Both the position numbers and the translations under genes were made by a program. This document shows positions 49,035 to 58,839 of a stretch of 64,000 nucleotides of DNA, piece by piece; position 1 is the stretch's first letter; every line of letters starts with the position of its first letter. This stretch comes from an uncultured archaeon (GTDB lineage: Archaea; Thermoproteota; Bathyarchaeia; Bathyarchaeales; Bathycorpusculaceae), in contig CAWENF010000021.1 of the NCBI GenBank assembly GCA_963810275.1, positions 96,001-160,000 of the forward strand. Direction: 5' to 3'. Below the pieces are notes generated by a model. That model was given only the letters and a program-made list of their open reading frames with translations, made no database searches and was not told the origin of the DNA.

Positions 49035-49472
49035 CTACAAAGAGTTAATGAGGTTTTGCCTCACTTTTTCTGCGACAGCTTCTAAAGCTTCAAAGAGACG
49101 CCCTTGAGAGGGATCCCTATATGCTACTCCATGCAAAAAGCCTTCATGAGGTTTCATAGGAATAACATGAACATGAAAGTGGAAAATCACTTGTCCAGCG
49201 GCGCTGCCGTTGTTCTGCACTATTCGGATGCCTTCAGCTGCCATCGCATCCCGCACCGCCATTGAGACCTTCTTAACTACACTGAAAATAGAAGCTAAGA
49301 CGTCGTCAGGCACATCATAGATGTTCTCGTAATGCTGTTTGGGCACCACTAAAGTGTGTCCTTCGTTGACTGGGCGGTTCGTTAGAAAGGCGATTACGTT
49401 GTCGTCTTCGTAAACAATGTTTGCGGGGGAACGTTTAGCTATGATTTCGCAAAATACACAGTCGCTACTCAA
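49035..49472 (-). CDS. HIT-family hydrolase
   Basis: CVFC, GHTLVVPK, AGQVIFHFHVHVIP. Confidence 0.96.
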   Translation of the reverse strand: MSSDCVFCEIIAKRSPANIVYEDDNVIAFLTNRPVNEGHTLVVPKQHYENIYDVPDDVLASIFSVVKKVSMAVRDAMAAEGIRIVQNNGSAAGQVIFHFHVHVIPMKPHEGFLHGVAYRDPSQGRLFEALEAVAEKVRQNLINSL

Positions 49473-49545
49473 GTTTTGTCATACCTTTCAACGGTTTGGT
49501 TTTAGGGATATGGTTTAATACAATATTCGGGGTGAATAATACTTT

Positions 49546-50568
49546 ATGGACACTTTAGTTGACGACATCGGCAGTTTCCCCTTGCCGGCGAATACCAACC
49601 GAGGCGACTACGCCAAAGCCTACGAACTTGCACGCGATGCCATAGCCAATGGAGCAGACCCCTACGATGACTTGTTCGTGAAAAAAGTTTTCATAGACGC
49701 AGTCGTGGAATCCTTCAAACACAAACTCGACACGGGACTTGACGTAGTGAATTTCCCGCAAGCGTTCAGCGGGCTGCGCCAAGTGGGCGACGCAGTACAT
49801 GACGCCATGCAAAACGGCTCCTTTGTCGTTGACGAAAAATACGCTTTTTTGCCCGAAGTCTACGTTTTAAACAGGGAAGCAAAACAACTCGCCGAGCAGT
49901 ACGGCAAAAAAATCATGCTTAGAGTCTCAATCTTTGGGCCTCTGGAGCAATACCTGCATGAAGTTGGAGCAACCGCCTACCCCGACGTGTTGGAAGGCTT
50001 CGCAACAACCATTAACCGCTTCGCTAAAAGTTCCGTGCTAAACACCAAATACATCCAAACACAGGTGGTCTCCATCGACGAACCCAGTTTGGGACACAGC
50101 CCATTCACAGGCACCCCTGAGCAACTCAGAGATACACTAGAGAAAGCCTACGATTTTGTGTGCCCAGTTAAGCAGATTCATCTGCACTTCGCGTCTGGCA
50201 TCTACGACCTGCTACCTGTTAAGGGGCTGGATGTGCTCTCCTTTGAGTACGCGGCTTCACCCAAAAACATCGATTCCGTCTCCAAAGAGATGCTAGAGGG
50301 AGCCGACAAACAAATCCGAGTTGGCATCGCAAGAACAGACATCGACACCATATGGTCGGAACTCAACGAGAAAGGCGTAACTGAACCTAAACCTGAGCAG
50401 CTAGTCGAACCCGCAGAAGCTATGCAAAAACGCTTCAAAGCCGCCAAACAGAAGTACGGCGACCACATGACCTTTACTGGCCCCGACTGCGGACTGGGAA
50501 GTTGGCCAAGCCAAGAAGCCGCAGCTTTGGTGCTTAAACGCAGCGTGGAAGCAGCTAAAACCGCTTAA
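49546..50568 (+). CDS. Single-barrel (core) methionine-synthase-like protein, MetE C-terminal family
   Basis: DDIGSFP, SIDEPSLG, IHLH, SFEYAA, GPDCGL. Confidence 0.8.
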   Translation: MDTLVDDIGSFPLPANTNRGDYAKAYELARDAIANGADPYDDLFVKKVFIDAVVESFKHKLDTGLDVVNFPQAFSGLRQVGDAVHDAMQNGSFVVDEKYAFLPEVYVLNREAKQLAEQYGKKIMLRVSIFGPLEQYLHEVGATAYPDVLEGFATTINRFAKSSVLNTKYIQTQVVSIDEPSLGHSPFTGTPEQLRDTLEKAYDFVCPVKQIHLHFASGIYDLLPVKGLDVLSFEYAASPKNIDSVSKEMLEGADKQIRVGIARTDIDTIWSELNEKGVTEPKPEQLVEPAEAMQKRFKAAKQKYGDHMTFTGPDCGLGSWPSQEAAALVLKRSVEAAKTA

Positions 50569-52203
50569 CTCTTTTCCTCGCCTTTCTGCTCAGATATCCA
50601 CGCCATTAACTCAGGCGGCAACTCGTCCCGCTCAGTAACCACCTCAATAACCGTAAAGCACTTCTGGGCATAAGCGTCTTTTATCGCTGTGTAGAACTGG
50701 CTGCAGTTTGTGCATCGGTAGCCTTTGCCGCCCCACAAATTCGCCAGCGCCGAATAGTTCCAGTCTACCAACTCGTTGAAACCTGCTGATGGGTCAAACA
50801 GTTGCTCCATGCCCCAGCGGCGGTTGTTGACGACTATGAAAATGGGATTTATACTGAATCGTGGGCAGTGGCAGATTTCGGTTCCGGTCATTTGGAAGCC
50901 TCCGTCGCCCACTAGCACCAGCGGGCGTTTGCCGGTGGCTAGGCTGACTCCGATTGCGGCGGGAACTGCGAAGCCCATTGTGCCGTAGAAGAATGGCGCC
51001 AGAACCTCCGTCGCCTCAATGCTTAAGGTTGAAAAGAGGCTGCCGCCTGTGTCCGCGATAAGCGGCATCTCGCCGAACTCGCCGAATAGCCAGTTTACGG
51101 CGTCGATGACTTCTGGCATGGTTAGGGTTTGGGCTGTTAATTTGCAGGCGCGGTTAACCGCAAGAGGCGCCTTTTCGGGGAGCACGGTGGTTTTCTTTTC
51201 AATGGGGGTTTTGCAGAGTTCGCCCACGAGCGCTGTCAAAGGGACATCTTGGAAGGTCTGGTCGCCGAAAGTCACGTGCGCCGTCAAAGCACCACGCAAT
51301 CTGCTCCCGCTTGGTCACCGAAAGCTTTGCACCCAAATTCACGTCAGAAAGCATCTCGCCCAAAACCAACACAAAATCTGATTTGGATACAAGTTGGTTG
51401 GCGGCGGGGTTGCCTGCGACGCCTAAGTAGATTCCAAAGTATTGGGGGTGAGCGTTGGGCATGTGGTCTCGGGCTAGCACTGTGGATGCGACGGGCAGGT
51501 TTGCCTGTTCGGCTAATTGTAGGATTTGGGGTTTTAGGTTGTAGCGGTCTGCTTCTACGCCCACCAGCAGCACGGGGTTTTGGGCTTTTGTTATCTGCTG
51601 TGCGATGGCTTCCGCTGCTTCCATGACGTGTGCGACTTCGGGAGATCCAGGTGAGGAGGACTCCGGGAACCTGATGGGTTGAGTAACTACGTCTACGGGA
51701 ACCTCAATGTAAACGGGAAGCATCCGCTTCTGGCAAGCCTCCAACGCCCTAGCGATTTTCTCTGCGGCATCCTCCGAATTATCAAGCATCACAGACTCAG
51801 CCGTAACCTCTGCGGCGGCGTTAAGCATGGACGTGCAGGACTTCACAGTATGGTGCAAAAAGAAGTCTCCTTCTCGGGCGCTAAGCGGCGGACCCCCAAC
51901 CACCATGACAAGCGGCGTCTTCTCTGCATACGCGCAGGCCACGGCGTTTAAGGCGTTTAATATTCCTGGTCCATAGGTCACTACTGCACAAGCGGGTTTG
52001 CGGTTAGCCCTCGCGTCAGCCACCGCAGCGAAGCCGGCGCCTTGCTCGTGGGAGAATGTGTACAATGAAACTTCAGGGTCGTCTTCTAGTTGTTTGAAGA
52101 ATTTGATGACCATGTCGCCGGGGATACCGTAAACTCGGTTTATTCCAAGCTTTTTTAGCTCTAAAAGCAGATATTCGCCGACGCTGAGCACTTTTTTGGA
52201 CAT
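50565..52203 (-). pseudogene. ipdC: Indolepyruvate/phenylpyruvate decarboxylase (ThDP enzyme), split by one frameshift near 51281
   Basis: GIPGD, HEQGAGFAA, LHH in the 5' ORF; GDGGFQMTG..NN ThDP motif in the 3' ORF. The frames overlap at ...FDG / HVTFGD. Confidence 0.85.
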
Positions 52204-52291
52204 AACTGTTCATAGCAATTTGCATAGCTATCAATTTTAAGTTTGACTAAACAGAAAAAAAAGAAAAATGACCCGACAGAATAAAGGGAGC

Positions 52292-53170
52292 TTATTGAGT
52301 TTCGTCTTCTGCGGGTGGAGGCGTGTAGGCGGGCGCTGCCGGAGGCGTCGGTCTCCTCTTAGGTAGCTTGCCACTGTTTTCGCCTGTGGGCAACTCTTTA
52401 AAGCCATATGTGCCGATCGGCGGCCAACCTGCCTCAGGCATAGATGAAGGTATGAGCATTATCGTGTTTGTACCCGATTGTTGACCCAACTCGTAAATAA
52501 TGTTCATCCATCTTAAACGTAAACCTTCTTCGCTTGACTCATACATTTTTGCTGCTTCAATCATTTTCGCGGACGCTTCAAACTCCGCTGTAGCCAAAGT
52601 TACTCGTGCGATGCGTTCCCGCTCTGCCTGTGCTTGGCGGCTCATGGCGTCTTGGAGGCTGCCAGGGATGATGACGTCACGGACTTCGACTGCGGTGGCT
52701 TTGATGCCCCATGCCTCAGTTTTTTCATCAATGATTTCGCGGAGGTGTGCACCGACTTTTTCGCGTTCCGCAAGCAGGTCGTTTAAGCTGACTTTACCGA
52801 TGACTTCCCGCAGCGTTGTCTGCGCAGCTAGTTGGGTGGCTTGGTAGTAATTTTCAACTTGCAGCACTGCCTTTTCTAGGTCTACAGGTTTCATGTACAT
52901 GACTGAGTCAACGTTGACGGGAACATTGTCTTTGGTCAGAGTGGATTCGGTGCGGAACTCTATCGTGTCAAGCCTTGTGGATATGCGAATGGGGGCGCGG
53001 TCAATAAGTGGAACCAAATAAGCCAGTCCGGGCCCGCGGAGCCCAACGTATCGACCCAACCTTAAGACTGGCATGCGCTCCCATTCTTTTAAAACTCGAA
53101 TTCCACTTAAGAAAAATATTGCAATTAAAACAGCTACAAAAGCTAGAGTTATAGTTACAAAATCAACCAT
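52292..53170 (-). CDS. SPFH (stomatin-like) protein
   Basis: TM helix, LTKDNVPVNVD, AQTTLREVIG, AMSRQAQAERE. Confidence 0.95.
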   Translation of the reverse strand: MVDFVTITLAFVAVLIAIFFLSGIRVLKEWERMPVLRLGRYVGLRGPGLAYLVPLIDRAPIRISTRLDTIEFRTESTLTKDNVPVNVDSVMYMKPVDLEKAVLQVENYYQATQLAAQTTLREVIGKVSLNDLLAEREKVGAHLREIIDEKTEAWGIKATAVEVRDVIIPGSLQDAMSRQAQAERERIARVTLATAEFEASAKMIEAAKMYESSEEGLRLRWMNIIYELGQQSGTNTIMLIPSSMPEAGWPPIGTYGFKELPTGENSGKLPKRRPTPPAAPAYTPPPAEDETQ

Positions 53171-53189
53171 AAATTTTCCCTCAAGTAGG

Positions 53190-53603
53190 CTATTGGCATT
53201 TTGGGGAGTTAAGCTTTTCCTCGGAGGGCTTGACAACTAGGAACATACCGTCTAAATCTACGACCACAACTTCTTTGCATCTGGAGATTTCTTGGTCTTT
53301 AGCGATTGCCTGCCAGAACTCGCCTAAAACCCGCACTTCACCCAGTGGGGAAAGGTCGGTGGTTGCTACTCCGGTTGCTCCGATTAGGGCTTCTTTGCCT
53401 GTTTGTATACGGTTATTCTGTGCTTTTACCCCGAGGTAAAAAATGGCGGCAACTATAGCGGCAGATACGAAAAACACGGCTGCTAAGAGCACCTCAAACT
53501 GAAGAGTCAAACCATAATAAGCGACGCCGACTCCAGCGGCTACTGCGAGCAGAACCGCAGCGACAACAAGTGCTCCCGCAATGAAAGCCAACAATGCATG
53601 CAT
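53190..53603 (-). CDS. Short NfeD-family protein
   Basis: Two TM helices, TGKEALIG, G.VRV.GEFWQA OB domain; immediately upstream of SPFH. Confidence 0.9.
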   Translation of the reverse strand: MHALLAFIAGALVVAAVLLAVAAGVGVAYYGLTLQFEVLLAAVFFVSAAIVAAIFYLGVKAQNNRIQTGKEALIGATGVATTDLSPLGEVRVLGEFWQAIAKDQEISRCKEVVVVDLDGMFLVVKPSEEKLNSPKCQ

Positions 53604-53822
53604 AGCAATACTCCCAAGAAAGGATAGAAGGTGTTTGCTTATAAGTTATTTTAAAAAAAAGAAAAAAGAAAGCAGATTAATTCCAGTTTGCATTAACAAA
53701 CAATCGGGAAGCCGAAGGTTCTAATGCAATATTAGCAAACTGTGGCACTATAGATGGTCTTTTGCGTAGCGGCGGCGCAGGCATAGGGGATGGTGGATCA
53801 ATTTCAAGGGGCATTTTGTTTA

Positions 53823-54754
53823 TCAGTCTTGTTCGCCTCCTTGCACCATGGGTATGATTGTTGCTTCGATTAGGTTTTCTCGCCGTAGGATGGCAATTTT
53901 GACTTCTTTGCCGATTACATCGTCTGAGAGCAGGCGGGGAAGTTCATAAAAATCGTGAACGGGTTTGTCGTTAAACTTCACGAGAACGTCGCCCATAGCT
54001 AGCCCTGTTTTGCGAGCTGGGGAACCGGATTCGACGCTGAAGATCATAACTCCGGTTTGCTGTTCAAGACCTGCTTGCTCTGCGATTTCTTCAGGGATAG
54101 CAACGGTGTTGGCTATTATGCCTAAATATCCACGCTGCGATGCTTTGCCACTCATAAGGCGGTCTGTAATGGCTTTGACTTTGTTTGAGGGGATGGCGAT
54201 GCCGCGTTGCCAGACGTAGGCGGTATTTATGCCTACGAGTTTGCCTTCGACGTCGATTAGGGGTCCACCGCTAAAGCCAGGGTTAAGCTGGGCGTCAGTA
54301 GCGATGACTCCTTCCATTGCTGTTGCTCCTCGCCAACCCCGGATGGCGCTGTTTAAGCTGGTGACCATGCCGGAGGTGGCGGTAGGCTGGTTTTTGCTGA
54401 AGGGGTTAGCTAAGGCTAAAACGTACTGTCCTACGCAGAGGTGTTCTGAGTCACCAAACTTAGTGGGGTGAAGTTTCCTTGTTCAGCCTTTAGCAGGGCA
54501 AGATCGTTGTAGGAGTCAGTACCTACGATTTTAGCATGCAAAGTTTTCTCACCTTGCCCGATTTTTACTGAGCCACATCCTGCTAAGATATGGTTGCAGG
54601 TGACTATGCAGCCGTCACTTGTTATAACAACACCTGTACCTCGTGACATCTGTGCTTTAACGCTTACTACCGATTGAGAAGTTTTTTTAATTAGTTCGCT
54701 GGTTGCGTCGGATAATGATTTTAGGATTTCAAGCGTGCTGGTTTGTTGAGTCAT
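53823..54754 (-). pseudogene. HtrA/DegP-like serine protease with PDZ domain, split by one frameshift at a G4 run (54465-54468)
   Basis: GTGVV..TCNH..DLALL in the 5' ORF; TDA.LNPGFSGGPL and PDZ (GYLGI..SPA) in the 3' part. One extra base in the run restores the frame. Confidence 0.85.
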
Positions 54755-55050
54755 TTTCTTTCTCCTTGTATGGATAGAGTGAAAAGGTATATGTTGACTA
54801 AGGGAAGGATAAACTCGGTCACAGATTGTTTTGGTTACATTCTCAATAAAAAAATGTCAGCACATTATTCACAGTCCACTAAAAGAAAAAATGCAGGTCA
54901 AATCAATGGCGCCAGTAAATAGCAGATGGAGATTCCCAAATAGGTTAATAATTGCCCGTATGGTTAAGTTAATCAGATAGAGGGAGAATTAAATGTCATT
55001 AATGGGCTGGTATTACAATTAACTTCCATTTCCTAAAGGAGACTTGAATC

Positions 55051-55809
55051 ATGGACTTTTTTGACCTTATGAGCATCTCACACCGCTATATGGAAATACT
55101 CAACCCTTCTACGCCTGAAAAAATCATCCAACTTGGCAATCTGCTCAAGTTGAAAAAGGGTAGTCGAGTTATCGACTTCGGTTGTGGTTGCGCCGAACCT
55201 CTCGCTCTCTGGGCTGAGAAATTCGGTATCACGGGTATTGGTATTGATATATCCGGAGATTTTTGCGACCGGGCCAGGGATAAGCTTGTCAAAAGAGGGT
55301 TGTCGGGTCAAATCGAAATCGTTTGCTCCCCAGCGGCTGAGTACGTGTTCGAAGATGAAGCTTTCGATGCGGCAACATGTATTGGGGCAACTTTTGTTTT
55401 TGGCGGCTTCCAGCAGACGATCCGGAAGATGAAACAGGCTGTGAATCAGAATGGACGCCTCGGCATAGGTGAAACCCACTGGCTTAGCAGCCATGTACAT
55501 CCGGAATATGCCCAAAAACAGACAAATACTCGCACGGAATCAGAACTGGCCCAATTTATCCGAAACGAAGGCTTTGAACTCGAATATATAATCCGTTCCA
55601 GCCGTGATGAGTGGGACATGTATATTTCGGATAGTTGGTATGGACTGGTACGTTGGCTTGAAGAAAATCCCAACCATCCTGACCGTGAACAGGTATTCAA
55701 ACACTTTCGTACTGACCAGGATGATTATTTACAGTTCCAAAGCCAATATATGGGCTGGGCTATGTACTGCGTCGCCCCCCTGAATTCTCATCTACAAAGC
55801 AGTCAATAA
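55051..55809 (+). CDS. Class I SAM-dependent methyltransferase (YjhP-like)
   Basis: ILNP.TPEK, VIDFGCG, GIDIS, FDAATCIGAT. Confidence 0.92.
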   Translation: MDFFDLMSISHRYMEILNPSTPEKIIQLGNLLKLKKGSRVIDFGCGCAEPLALWAEKFGITGIGIDISGDFCDRARDKLVKRGLSGQIEIVCSPAAEYVFEDEAFDAATCIGATFVFGGFQQTIRKMKQAVNQNGRLGIGETHWLSSHVHPEYAQKQTNTRTESELAQFIRNEGFELEYIIRSSRDEWDMYISDSWYGLVRWLEENPNHPDREQVFKHFRTDQDDYLQFQSQYMGWAMYCVAPLNSHLQSSQ

Positions 55810-56023
55810 ATATGAAATTATAATTCTTCATGAGCCATGTGCCAACTAAATTCTTGGATTTTGAACTGAGCGAACTTGAACGTCTTGCATCCTTCAAGCC
55901 ACAAGTGAACCAATTTAGCGGCCACTGCAAAGTAGCGTCAAAGGGCTATTTTTTCCCTTTTATAAGAGATTCTACGCATGGAGTACACAAACAGCAACCA
56001 CTGTTTTACAAGCTGTTAACTCA

Positions 56024-56698
56024 TCAGGCAGGCATAGAAGATTCTCCAAAGTAGCCAACGTTTCTTGCGATTACAGGTCTAGTTGCCTGTGAACTTATGC
56101 ATATTTTGCCTATGTGCGACATCAACTGGTAGGATGCTTTTAGGGCAGCGTTAAGGTTATTGCTGGTTAAGAATTTAGCTTCAATGTTTAAAGCTGCACC
56201 CTGAATGTTAGCAGCAATTTGTATGCCGCCATCTTCAGTTACCCATTTAAGAGTTACACCTTGATTGTTTTTAGAGATACCAAGCCAACGCAGAGAACCA
56301 AACCATTTACCCCTCAAAGAAAGAACAAGCTGATTGGTAAGTAAATCAGAGGGCAGAAAAGTCTGGACAAGAGGAGTAACAACAGTTTCAGCGGGAGACT
56401 GCTGGAGTTTTAGTGCAGTTATTTTTGAAGTAACTCGGTAGCCACCGTGTTCTTTTATGACTATACCTTCCTCTTCGAGCCTGCAAAGGATGCGGGAAAG
56501 CGTTTCAGAATGCAGTCCTGTTCTGCGTTTCAGCCCATCAAAAGTGAACATGGCTAATCCTTCATTTTCTATGAGGGCGAGCAAATCGGCATCGCGTTCG
56601 CTAAGTGAACAATCGGGTGATGGGCTTTGCCAATTTACATTAAGAACAGAAGGCATTAAACAAGAAAAGTCCGCATCACCCATTTGAATGTTACCCAC
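56024..56698 (-). CDS. Winged-helix domain protein
   Basis: FTFDGLKRRTGLHSETLSRILCRLEEEGIV..GYRV. Confidence 0.8.
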   Translation of the reverse strand: MGNIQMGDADFSCLMPSVLNVNWQSPSPDCSLSERDADLLALIENEGLAMFTFDGLKRRTGLHSETLSRILCRLEEEGIVIKEHGGYRVTSKITALKLQQSPAETVVTPLVQTFLPSDLLTNQLVLSLRGKWFGSLRWLGISKNNQGVTLKWVTEDGGIQIAANIQGAALNIEAKFLTSNNLNAALKASYQLMSHIGKICISSQATRPVIARNVGYFGESSMPA

Positions 56699-56749
56699 AT
56701 TTCCTGTAAAAATACATGAGAAAAAACAACAGCAGAATTATTAAAAAAC

Positions 56750-56831
56750 GGATACTCAGCAAATCGAACGCTCAACCGTTATGGGGCAAGCAAGGATGGA
56801 GCGATTCGGGATACTCTGGAAGTTGAACGCT
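56750..56831. repeat. Two imperfect 23-bp direct repeats (19/23 identical) separated by 36 bp
   Basis: GGATACTCAGCAAATCGAACGCT (56750-56772) and GGATACTCTGGAAGTTGAACGCT (56809-56831). Confidence 0.6.
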
Positions 56832-57464
56832 GGTTCGCCGTGTCTATAGGGGGTTTGGAAGTCTCTTACGAGTTTCACAAATAGTCTATATAAAATATGT
56901 AAACGATAGAAGTAAAAACAGGAAATAGGAACTAATAAAGAATATTGTGACTTTCTATGATTGGAGAAGCCCAGTTTTTATTCATTAACTACATTCTATT
57001 AAAGATCTTCTTAACTTGGTGCAAGCCTATGAATAACGTAGGAGAATTAGAGCATGCAAATAGCTTCAATGATAGTATTCACCTGCCCCTGAATGTAAGG
57101 AAAAAATTCAAGTTTGACAACATAAGAAAAGAAGCTTTTGCCGCCCACTATCCAAGAACTACTGCTTAACCATCCAAAAGGGAAATTCACTACTTAGCAT
57201 GCATCAACTTCTCGACCGTAAATATATAAAACGAGTAAGTGATGGAAAATGAAGTTCAGGTTTTTGCTAAGACGACAAATTCAATTTAGACCTCTGTGAC
57301 TTTTCGAATAATGAAATAATTTTCTGCCAGTATGCAGCTTAGGTTATGAAAGTCGTCAATACAAGTCTTCCGCAGTAGAGTCTATCGCATTCGCATAACC
57401 TAACAGAGGTGCAAGTGCTTCATTTTTACAAACCTTTATGCCGTTAGATAACCATTTTTGTTTT

Positions 57465-58007
57465 ATGAGAGAAATCGAAGTTAAAGTTTTGGAGATAAAC
57501 AAAAAAAGCGTCACAGAAAAAATCATTGTCCAGGGTGGGGTCCAAATTTCCGACGGCGACGTCTCAACTTCATTTTTGGATTATCCAGATAATCGCATTC
57601 ACCTGCGCAAAGACGTGTTGCGGCTAAGAAGAGAAAAAGAAGTTTCCGAGTTGACTTACAAGAAGGTGCATTTTGACAAAACAGTTAAAGTAGCAGAGGA
57701 AACTTCAGTGCAAATCTCCAGTTTAGAGGATGCTTTGCTGATTTTGCAGAATTTGGGGTTAACGATTAAAGAGAAGATGGATAAGCATAGAACCAGCTTC
57801 AAGCTGTGCGAAGTAAGAATAGACATTGACCAGTACTATGGGGATTACGCTTATATTCCCGAGTTTTTGGAATTAGAAGGCCCAGAGTCAGCCATTGGTA
57901 AAGTTGCAATGATGTTAGGTTTTCAAGAAAAAGACTGCTTGCCATGGTCAACTGACGAGTTGATTAAGTATTATGGGGGTAAAGGAAAAAAGAAAGAGTT
58001 TAGCTGA
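57465..58007 (+). CDS. CYTH-domain protein (class IV adenylate cyclase/triphosphatase family)
   Basis: EIEVK, LRLR, LTYK, KHR, FLELE. Confidence 0.92.
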   Translation: MREIEVKVLEINKKSVTEKIIVQGGVQISDGDVSTSFLDYPDNRIHLRKDVLRLRREKEVSELTYKKVHFDKTVKVAEETSVQISSLEDALLILQNLGLTIKEKMDKHRTSFKLCEVRIDIDQYYGDYAYIPEFLELEGPESAIGKVAMMLGFQEKDCLPWSTDELIKYYGGKGKKKEFS

Positions 58008-58500
58008 TTTTTTTTGTTTTTGGCTTAATTGATTTTGCTTTTTTGATAGCCGGAACTACTTTTTTAACCATTTTTTTGACGTTTGCTTTTGGTTTAATTT
58101 TAGCTTTAGTTTGAGGTTGAGGTTTTTTTGTGGAATTCCATGCTGGGTACTGGCCGTGTTCTTTTTTAAAGTTTTCAAGTAGTTCTTTTTTAGCAGTTCT
58201 TGAGTTGTTGGCAGTCATCCAGGTGACGGCTACTTTTTCGATGAAGCCGTCGTCGAAAAGCAGAGAGTGGATTTTACGGGTCGTTTTTCCGCCGTATCCT
58301 GCTATGTAGCCACCGAAGATTCTTTTTGTAGGATTTTTTGTTTTGCCAATATAAAGTATGTCTGATGTGGGCTGTCCTGTGAGTGTGAAGTCTGTTAAAA
58401 TTAGAACACCGCTTTTATTGTTAGGTAGGCTGGTAAATTGAAGCCCTTTGAGCGGAATGGCGTCAACGAAGCCATTTTCCTTGAGACTAATTGAGTTCAT
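58000..58500 (-). CDS. Degenerate GIY-YIG-like protein with Lys-rich tail
   Basis: SGVL..ILYIGKT..KRI..ELLENFKKEHGQYPAWN followed by a Lys/Pro/Ala-rich tail. Confidence 0.7.
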   Translation of the reverse strand: MNSISLKENGFVDAIPLKGLQFTSLPNNKSGVLILTDFTLTGQPTSDILYIGKTKNPTKRIFGGYIAGYGGKTTRKIHSLLFDDGFIEKVAVTWMTANNSRTAKKELLENFKKEHGQYPAWNSTKKPQPQTKAKIKPKANVKKMVKKVVPAIKKAKSIKPKTKKIS

Positions 58501-58839
58501 ATACTGAAAGGGGTAGGGAGTCCGATTTAACCGTTGCTATATATATTATTTCGGCAATTATAGTCTATTTTCACTGGACTTAACCGTAACTTCACATAAA
58601 TTCAGAACCGTCGGCTTAAATCCATAAGGAAAATCACTATTTTTCGAGTTTGAATCCTTTGCCGTCACCAAACCCAAACAAGTAATGTCAAATATTTGTC
58701 AAGGAAGCGCAGAATATGAAGAATACGCTTATAAGAACCGAAAAGACGTTTTACATAACTTCTCTCTCTGTATTATGAGCATAATTGCTCAAATTTAAAT
58801 TGAAAACAACACAAAATAAAATCGCTAGGTAGAAACCGC

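Noticed and set aside
56750-56831. CRISPR mini-array
   Set aside because: The repeat-spacer lengths are CRISPR-like, but there are only two imperfect copies, no typical terminal motif and no cas genes.
57339-57410. Integron attC site
   Set aside because: The RYYYAAC-like and GTT-like boxes are in the wrong order and there is no integrase or cassette array.
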